A model generated the notes under the pieces. That model did not search any database and was not told the origin of the DNA. It saw only the letters and a list, made by a program, of their open reading frames with translations. From Candidatus Latescibacterota bacterium (GTDB taxonomy: Bacteria > Latescibacterota > UBA2968 > UBA8231), in assembly GCA_965197905.1 (NCBI GenBank), contig CBDAOB010000005.1:416001-480000 (forward strand): a DNA stretch of 64,000 nt. Direction: 5' to 3'. Every line of letters begins with the position of its first letter. The first letter of the stretch is position 1. Below, in pieces: positions 57,711-64,000 of the stretch. The translations under genes and the position numbers were made by a program.

Positions 57711-59774
57711 ATGGGTAACAGACATTTTGTTGCGCTGATCTTCGTGGCTCTGGCTCTCGTTGCGGTACAGAGGGCCCAGGCTGACGAAATTGTGATCGAT
57801 CAGTGGGAAAACACGGTTTACTACCGCTACTCGATCAATTGCTGTAGTGCAGCAGAAACGCCCGCTGTCCTCAGGGTAACCTCGGTAGACGAGTATGAAC
57901 TTTTTCTCAACGGCGAATCGTTGGGGAGCGACTCCGACTGGACTACCATGGAGGAGTATCAAATTACGTTGGGGCGAAGACGCAATGATTTCGGATTTGT
58001 TGTCCGCAATCGGGGAGACGGGCGGGGTACCGGCCTTCTCCTGGAAATGGTGAGCGAGGAAAATATCTGGATCAGTACGAGCGCCGGTCTGCACGAGCTC
58101 TGGGCGTGGACAGGCGTCGAGCAAGAAGGCGATGACTGGCTGGTTGAGGATTCGTTCGAGTTGTTGAAGCTGGACGAATGGGAACGGGTACAAGCTGGCA
58201 ACCTCGACACCAGCATGGTTGTCGGCCGGACAGATAGTCTGAACGCGGAGGTAGTGGCCGGCTATGTTGGCAACATCGATGGCGCCGCCGGTGGTTTGAC
58301 GTTGCGCAACGTTTTCGGCGAGAACCTCGCCCTGGGCCAGTTGGCGGCCAGGTCCGAGCCATATGATGGTCGTTCGAACACTACATGGAACATCAACGAT
58401 GCCCAGTTAAATGACGGTGCGAGCGTAGACCTCGTCGAGCGCCGGTTAGTGACCGGTGTGCGCGTTTTGACGGAGGGTGTGAACGCCGAGGAATACGCTG
58501 AAAACTCCGTTAAGGGGTATGCCGTTCAAGTCAGCGATGACGGATTCCTGTGGACCGAGGTCGCAGTGATCCAGAACATCGACCAACCGGAACAGTTCGA
58601 GCGCACATCACTCTTTTTTGAGCCGGTTTCCACACGTTTCGTCCGCATTGTAATCGCCCAGGTGCTGCCCCTTACTCGCGCTGGAATCGCCGAGATTCAG
58701 ATCATCGGCGCGGGTCACGCGCTTTCCGGAAGCTATACTTCACCGGCCCACGATCTCGGCCGCGCGGTGCGGAAGAATTTTGGTCAGGTGCAATGGTGGG
58801 GTGACGTTCCCGAGGGAACCACACTGTCGCTGCAATTTCGAAGTGCCGACACGGACGATCCGGATGCCTGGAGTCCGTGGAGTTTTCCATTGTCGGATGC
58901 TGTCGCCGAGCTTGATGTTCCCGAGCCGCGACAATTTGTGCAGTATCGGGTGAGCATGGCTTCGGAGTCGGACCTGATATCACCCCGCCTTGACAGCTTG
59001 AAGTTTGAGTTTACCGACACCTTCCCCGTGTCGAGCTCCATGGCTTCCGTGGAACCCAATCTCGCGGCACTGGGCCGTGACACCACCTTTACCTACACCT
59101 TGGATCTCGATTTCAATGCGGGTGACACCGGTGTGGGAAGGGTTGAGATTGACATGCCTAGCTTGCCTACGGACGTGGACATTACGGCGCCCGTTCAGGT
59201 GTCTGAAACGGTGCTATTCGGAGACAAAATCGAAGTCAATTTCAACGAAGCCTGGAACTCGGACGGTCAGCTTACCATGCAATTCGGCGCCCGGCTATTG
59301 AGCAATGCCTTCACTTTTTCTACGAGGTTGTTCGCTCCCAACTCCGACGAGCCGCTCCACAGCGGAGAGGACACCCGCCTGAACCGGTCATGGACGGTCA
59401 GAGCAGGCGAAGTTCAGGGACCGCTTCTTAGCGGTATAAAGGTTAATCCCTCGGTATTTTCGCCAAATGGCGACACAAGATTTGATGATACGGTTGTTGA
59501 GTTCACACTTTCCCGTGTGAGCGAACCCCAAAATGTCCAAATCAGCATCTTGGATCTCAGCGGCCGGTTAATAAGGGATCTGGATGCCGGTCTATTGACC
59601 GGCGGGCAGTATCTCAGGCCGCCCCGGGGCGTGGCGACGAATGAGCCAGGTTTCTGGAATGGTAAAGACGACGAAGGCAACACGGTTCCCCCCGGAATTT
59701 ATCTAGTTCGCGTAAAGGCAGTGCTCGAACGCGAGGAAGAGGTACGAGTCAGACCGGTGGCGGTTGCATACTGA
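57711..59774 (+). CDS. Secreted multidomain protein: lectin/jelly-roll-like + discoidin (F5/8)-like + FlgD-Ig C-terminal domain
   Basis: Signal peptide, VDEYELFLNG, ENLAL, YAVQVSDDG..W, RFVRI...AEIQ, FSPNGD and WNGKDDEG..VPPGIYL. Confidence 0.8.
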   Translation: MGNRHFVALIFVALALVAVQRAQADEIVIDQWENTVYYRYSINCCSAAETPAVLRVTSVDEYELFLNGESLGSDSDWTTMEEYQITLGRRRNDFGFVVRNRGDGRGTGLLLEMVSEENIWISTSAGLHELWAWTGVEQEGDDWLVEDSFELLKLDEWERVQAGNLDTSMVVGRTDSLNAEVVAGYVGNIDGAAGGLTLRNVFGENLALGQLAARSEPYDGRSNTTWNINDAQLNDGASVDLVERRLVTGVRVLTEGVNAEEYAENSVKGYAVQVSDDGFLWTEVAVIQNIDQPEQFERTSLFFEPVSTRFVRIVIAQVLPLTRAGIAEIQIIGAGHALSGSYTSPAHDLGRAVRKNFGQVQWWGDVPEGTTLSLQFRSADTDDPDAWSPWSFPLSDAVAELDVPEPRQFVQYRVSMASESDLISPRLDSLKFEFTDTFPVSSSMASVEPNLAALGRDTTFTYTLDLDFNAGDTGVGRVEIDMPSLPTDVDITAPVQVSETVLFGDKIEVNFNEAWNSDGQLTMQFGARLLSNAFTFSTRLFAPNSDEPLHSGEDTRLNRSWTVRAGEVQGPLLSGIKVNPSVFSPNGDTRFDDTVVEFTLSRVSEPQNVQISILDLSGRLIRDLDAGLLTGGQYLRPPRGVATNEPGFWNGKDDEGNTVPPGIYLVRVKAVLEREEEVRVRPVAVAY

Positions 59775-59802
59775 ACAAATGATGGCAATGAAGGAAGGAT
59801 AT

Positions 59803-61872
59803 ATGGAGACCAGAGGGCGCATACTATCAGTCGCGTTGGCCGCGACACTGCTGTGTCTCGGTGCCGTGGGCGCGCAAGAATGGCCGGTAAATCAGTGGGA
59901 GCGTACGCTATATTATCGCTTCACCTTCACCCCGCCGGCTTCTGGAAGCGCGACGTTGCGCATAACCGCCGTCGACGATTACCAGGTTTTCTTCAATGGT
60001 TCCAATACGGGTTCCGATGCCGATTGGACTACCATGGATGATTACTCGGTTAGTCTCGGAAGCGGTGCTAACGAGATTGCTATCCAGGTTAACAACGGTG
60101 GAGACGGCTTCGGAAGCGGATTGATTCTTGAAGTTCAGTCGGATGACGGTATCTGGACTTCAAATACCAGCGGCCTCAACGAGGTGTGGCGCTGGACCGA
60201 CGTCGGACAGTCAGGAACGGGTTGGACCACCGCTGATGTGAGCGAGGACGAGGATTGGGCGCCTGTCCAGGGTGGCAATCTCGACCGGGCGGCGATTGCG
60301 GCCGCGAGCAGTAATTGGGCGGATACCTTGAATGCCGAAATCGTCGCGGGTTTCCCTGGCGACATCGATATTGGGAGATCTGAACTGGGCATCACCTTGC
60401 GAAATGTCGACGGCGAGAATCTTGCCCTCAACAAGCCGTCGTCGAATCGACCCGATGTTTTCGACGGCGATCCCGACTCGGACTGGAACATTAATACAGA
60501 CGGCGTGAACACAGCCGCCACTGTCGACTTGCTTACACCTAGGTTGGTCAACGAAGTTAGGGTTTTGACTAAAGGTGAAGACGCGGAGGACTTCGAATCG
60601 AATTCCGTTCGCGGTTATGCGGTCGAGGTGAGCAATGACGGGTTTCAGTGGACCGAAATGGGAGCACTGAGCAATATCGAAGAGTTCGAGCGCACCGCTG
60701 TCGAGTTGGATCCACTGTTCGTGCGATTCGTCCGGGTTCGAATCTCGCAGGTCCACCCGTTGCGACGCTCGCGAGTTGCCGAGATTCAAGTTTTCGGCGA
60801 AGGCGCTGTTCCGTCCGGTGCGTTTGTTTCCGCGGCGTTAGATCTGGGACAGGCAGGCCCCAAGAATTTCGGTCAAGTTCGGTGGGTGGGCGCAACTCCC
60901 GAAGGTTCGACGATTTCGCTTCAGTTTAGGAGTGCCGACCAGGACAACGAGAATTCATGGAGCGATTGGAGCGAGGAGATCACCGAAGCCGTTGCCGAAT
61001 TGGTTGTGCCTGAACCGAGGAATTTACTCCAATACCGTGTTAACATGACCTCCGAGTTTGAAGATTCACCGCCGCGGCTCGACAGCCTTCTTATTGGGTT
61101 CACGGACACCTTCCCGGTGTCGGAGGCTCTTGCATGGGTGACTCCCAACGACGCGGTACTGGGCCGGGATACGACATTCGTCTACACCCTCGATCTGGAT
61201 TTTGGCACCGCAGACGCCGGTGTCAATCGACTTATCGTCAGCACGCCGAGCCTTGCTCGGGATGTCGTAACCACGCTTCCCGACGGTGTTTCTCTGTCCG
61301 GTGACCCGATCATAAGCAGCGAGGGTATCGAGTTGACCTTCTCCTCGCCCTGGAGCGCAGATGGCCAACTCACGCTGCAGTTCACGGCGCGTCTGCTGAC
61401 CAACGAGTTTCACTTCGGGACCCAGCTTTTCGCCGCCGATTCCGATGATGTTTTGAACGGTGCGGAGAATACCTCTGGGGGCCGTTCGTGGAGCGTGCGG
61501 GCTACGGACGTAACGGGCCCACTGCTGAGCGAGGTGGATGTGAATCCGTCGGTTTTCAGTCCCAACGGTGACAGAAACTTCGATGGTACGGTGGTTGAAT
61601 TCACGCTGGCGCGGGTGAGCGAACCGCAAACCATCGACATTAGCATTCTGGATCTCAGTGGCCGGGTAGTTAGGTCGATCAAGCCGAAGTTAATCGGTGG
61701 ACAGTATCTGCGGCCACCAGCGGCAAACAGAGTGACCCAGGCCCCGGGTTATTGGAATGGGAAGGATGATGAAGGGAACACCGTACCACCCGGTATTTAT
61801 CTAGTGCGTGTAAAGGCCCGCTTCGATCGGGGCGACGAAACCAGGGTGCGGCCCGTAGCCGTGGCCTATTGA
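59803..61872 (+). CDS. Tandem paralog of 57711-59774 (discoidin-like + FlgD-Ig)
   Basis: Colinear similarity over the whole length, e.g. KNFGQV.W.G..PEG.T.SLQFRSAD, VNPSVFSPNGD and RVRPVAVAY. Confidence 0.82.
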   Translation: METRGRILSVALAATLLCLGAVGAQEWPVNQWERTLYYRFTFTPPASGSATLRITAVDDYQVFFNGSNTGSDADWTTMDDYSVSLGSGANEIAIQVNNGGDGFGSGLILEVQSDDGIWTSNTSGLNEVWRWTDVGQSGTGWTTADVSEDEDWAPVQGGNLDRAAIAAASSNWADTLNAEIVAGFPGDIDIGRSELGITLRNVDGENLALNKPSSNRPDVFDGDPDSDWNINTDGVNTAATVDLLTPRLVNEVRVLTKGEDAEDFESNSVRGYAVEVSNDGFQWTEMGALSNIEEFERTAVELDPLFVRFVRVRISQVHPLRRSRVAEIQVFGEGAVPSGAFVSAALDLGQAGPKNFGQVRWVGATPEGSTISLQFRSADQDNENSWSDWSEEITEAVAELVVPEPRNLLQYRVNMTSEFEDSPPRLDSLLIGFTDTFPVSEALAWVTPNDAVLGRDTTFVYTLDLDFGTADAGVNRLIVSTPSLARDVVTTLPDGVSLSGDPIISSEGIELTFSSPWSADGQLTLQFTARLLTNEFHFGTQLFAADSDDVLNGAENTSGGRSWSVRATDVTGPLLSEVDVNPSVFSPNGDRNFDGTVVEFTLARVSEPQTIDISILDLSGRVVRSIKPKLIGGQYLRPPAANRVTQAPGYWNGKDDEGNTVPPGIYLVRVKARFDRGDETRVRPVAVAY

Positions 61873-61894
61873 GCAGCCTGCGGGAGAGATAGCC

Positions 61895-64000
61895 ATGATG
61901 AGAGAGCCCACGCGACTTACAGTCAGAATCAGAGCCGTCGCCGCATTACTGCTGGCGTTGATCTGTTTTCCGGGTCGCAGCGACGGACAATTCATAAGTC
62001 GCGAATATTACCCGCTATGGCAAAACGAGGCATATGAAAACTATGCCCGGGGCACTTCGCCCGGATTTCGTGATGTCGACTTGCGAACAACGCGCGGAAC
62101 CCTCGCCATCGACGAGGAACAGCGCACCTACGATCCGTTCGGCACTACCCTGTTGAACGGAATCCCTCTGTACCGAACCGATGAGTTTCGTACCCTCAGT
62201 CCGTTTGGTGGCAGCACCATTTTTAAGGACGGCCTGTACCGCGATCTGTTTCAGAATTTGGTCGTTGCCAACGACACCTATGAGGGATGGGGGACGGCTG
62301 TAACCGTCGGTCGCGCAGTAGAGGCGAACTACAACCCAATGATGCTCGGGGTTCTGCGCTTGAACGGTATCCGTTGGGATGCAGACTCTCGCCGGAATCG
62401 CTTTTCCGTCGCCGCTTCGAGAATCTCCGAACCTCTGCGAGTATTTGAGCTGAGTCGTCCGCTCGACTTTGTGACTTACTTGTATGGAGGGCACTGGGAG
62501 ACTCAACTCGGTAGCGTCGTCCGCTTCGGCGCTTCCTATGTCAACACCCACATTACGGATACGCTGGTAAAACGGGGCAACGGATCGTTTCGCAAAGGTG
62601 TATTTCCCACGAATCTGATCACGCCTGAGTTCATATTCGTGACCTTCAGCGATGACTCGCCGGAAGATGGGAACGGCGCTCGAGTTCATATGATCGAGAT
62701 ATATGTGAACGGCGAACTGCGTACAGATATCGTTCCGGAGGTCCGCAAGATGCCCGACGCCGTGGCCCAGGGAAAAAACAAGAGGTTTATCTCAGACCGC
62801 CTACGGTTCGAGGACATGACGCACGCGCGAGAGCGTCAGTCCTGGTTGCCACGGGTTATGGCGAATGGCAGCAACCAGAATCTTGCTACCCTGTTCTTGT
62901 TGAGTGGCAATTTTTTCGAGGATGGGATTAATCTCGACGGCAGCACCGAGGTACTGGAAGCCAGTGGAACCGACGTGCTGCTCTATAGATTTCCGGTACC
63001 TGAAGAAGCGGAAGACGTGTCGTTTCGGGTACTGGCTGCCAACGACTACGCCATCGATATCGGCGCAGCTGTCTCATGGATCGGAATCCGCGGACGGACA
63101 TGGAACGATTTTCGTAACATCGCCCGCGCAAAGGGCAATACCAAAGATGAGACGAACCTGAAGTGGGTTGAGTTTGACTACGGTTTTCCGACTGGTTTGG
63201 AGATGTACGGGGCACAGACCGATGTTAACCTGTTTGGGTTTGAATTCCATGGCGACTACAGCATCAGTAACCACCAGACGCTATTTCCCCTGCCTTCGAA
63301 CGAAGGCAAACGTCACACCCTGGATGCACAGTCGTATTCTGCCCTCGGCAAACGCCGATTTGGTCGCTTCGACTTTAATGTGGAGGTCTTCAGGGTGCCA
63401 CCCGACTATCAGACATCCTTCTCATTCTGGGATGAGGGCCGCAGACTCGCTCTTGCCGAGTTTCAGCTCATCGACGACAACGACGATCTGGATCCGTGGC
63501 CCGACAGCTGGGAGCACGAAGATCCCCTCAGCCTGGTTTTCCAGGACGATATCACGTTGTCCACTCCAGAGTCGCGTTTCAATCTCGACCCGGCTTCGCT
63601 GCGAGATATTGGTTTTGGCGTGTTCCCGGGACTGGATGACAATGGGGACGGCATAATCGACACGAACGTAAACGACAATCTGATTCCCGATTTCCAAGAG
63701 CCTTTCTTGATGTACTATGTGGAATCAGAGGCATTCGTCTATGGCGACGACTTCAACAACAACGGTGTCGTCGATACCCGCGAGAACGATAACAAACCAG
63801 ATTATCCTTATGAGCGTGACAGCGAGGGCCAGCACCTTTTCATCAGCTACAACCCCCATCGCGATTTGCGCCTGACCTTTGGTGGTCACGATGTTGAACA
63901 GATAGCTGGAGCCGGGTCGAACAAAGCGGTCTACGCCAAGCTGGAATACCATCGACCCCTGATGTGGGACTTGAATCTCGACGTGCATCATCGCACGAAA
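61895..64000 (+). CDS. Large secreted/outer-membrane protein (3'-truncated by window), paralog of 10421-13173
   Basis: Not in the ORF track because it runs off the window. ATG 61895 gives a signal peptide. In-frame motifs TFSDDSPEDG, IDDNDD and PDFQEPFLMY..E...FVYG.D.N.N...D.RE.D...DYPY..D..G.HLF. Confidence 0.82.
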   Translation, partial: MMREPTRLTVRIRAVAALLLALICFPGRSDGQFISREYYPLWQNEAYENYARGTSPGFRDVDLRTTRGTLAIDEEQRTYDPFGTTLLNGIPLYRTDEFRTLSPFGGSTIFKDGLYRDLFQNLVVANDTYEGWGTAVTVGRAVEANYNPMMLGVLRLNGIRWDADSRRNRFSVAASRISEPLRVFELSRPLDFVTYLYGGHWETQLGSVVRFGASYVNTHITDTLVKRGNGSFRKGVFPTNLITPEFIFVTFSDDSPEDGNGARVHMIEIYVNGELRTDIVPEVRKMPDAVAQGKNKRFISDRLRFEDMTHARERQSWLPRVMANGSNQNLATLFLLSGNFFEDGINLDGSTEVLEASGTDVLLYRFPVPEEAEDVSFRVLAANDYAIDIGAAVSWIGIRGRTWNDFRNIARAKGNTKDETNLKWVEFDYGFPTGLEMYGAQTDVNLFGFEFHGDYSISNHQTLFPLPSNEGKRHTLDAQSYSALGKRRFGRFDFNVEVFRVPPDYQTSFSFWDEGRRLALAEFQLIDDNDDLDPWPDSWEHEDPLSLVFQDDITLSTPESRFNLDPASLRDIGFGVFPGLDDNGDGIIDTNVNDNLIPDFQEPFLMYYVESEAFVYGDDFNNNGVVDTRENDNKPDYPYERDSEGQHLFISYNPHRDLRLTFGGHDVEQIAGAGSNKAVYAKLEYHRPLMWDLNLDVHHRTK

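Overview
A gene-dense bacterial window of roughly 60% GC with about 50 CDSs. I found no rRNA, tRNA, CRISPR array or recognisable transposase/integrase. Gene content suggests a Candidatus Latescibacterota-like or related FCB-group heterotroph (inference): sulfatase, three PhyH dioxygenases, two GHL6/beta-galactosidase-like paralogs, non-catalytic FGE-fold proteins, FlgD-Ig/T9SS-like C-terminal domains and a 'TAVE..SW..IK' C-terminal motif. Main blocks: a catabolic cluster (1-9164), mixed hydrolases, a signalling block (18.9-26.6 kb), a cyclase-amidase-NHL operon, a two-component block (41.9-48.2 kb), and an ExbB-ExbD-ExbD operon divergent from large secreted/outer-membrane proteins (55-64 kb). 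The best hidden signal, missed by the ORF track, is a probable selenoprotein at 18933-19679. It is a TlpA/redoxin with WASW-U-RC (in-frame TGA at 19071) and a SECIS-like hairpin, lies behind a consensus sigma54 promoter, and is coupled to a sensor kinase with a beta-helix-like ectodomain. About eleven reading-frame disruptions indicate either genome erosion or assembly error. A compact three-way-junction structure lies at 9162-9242.
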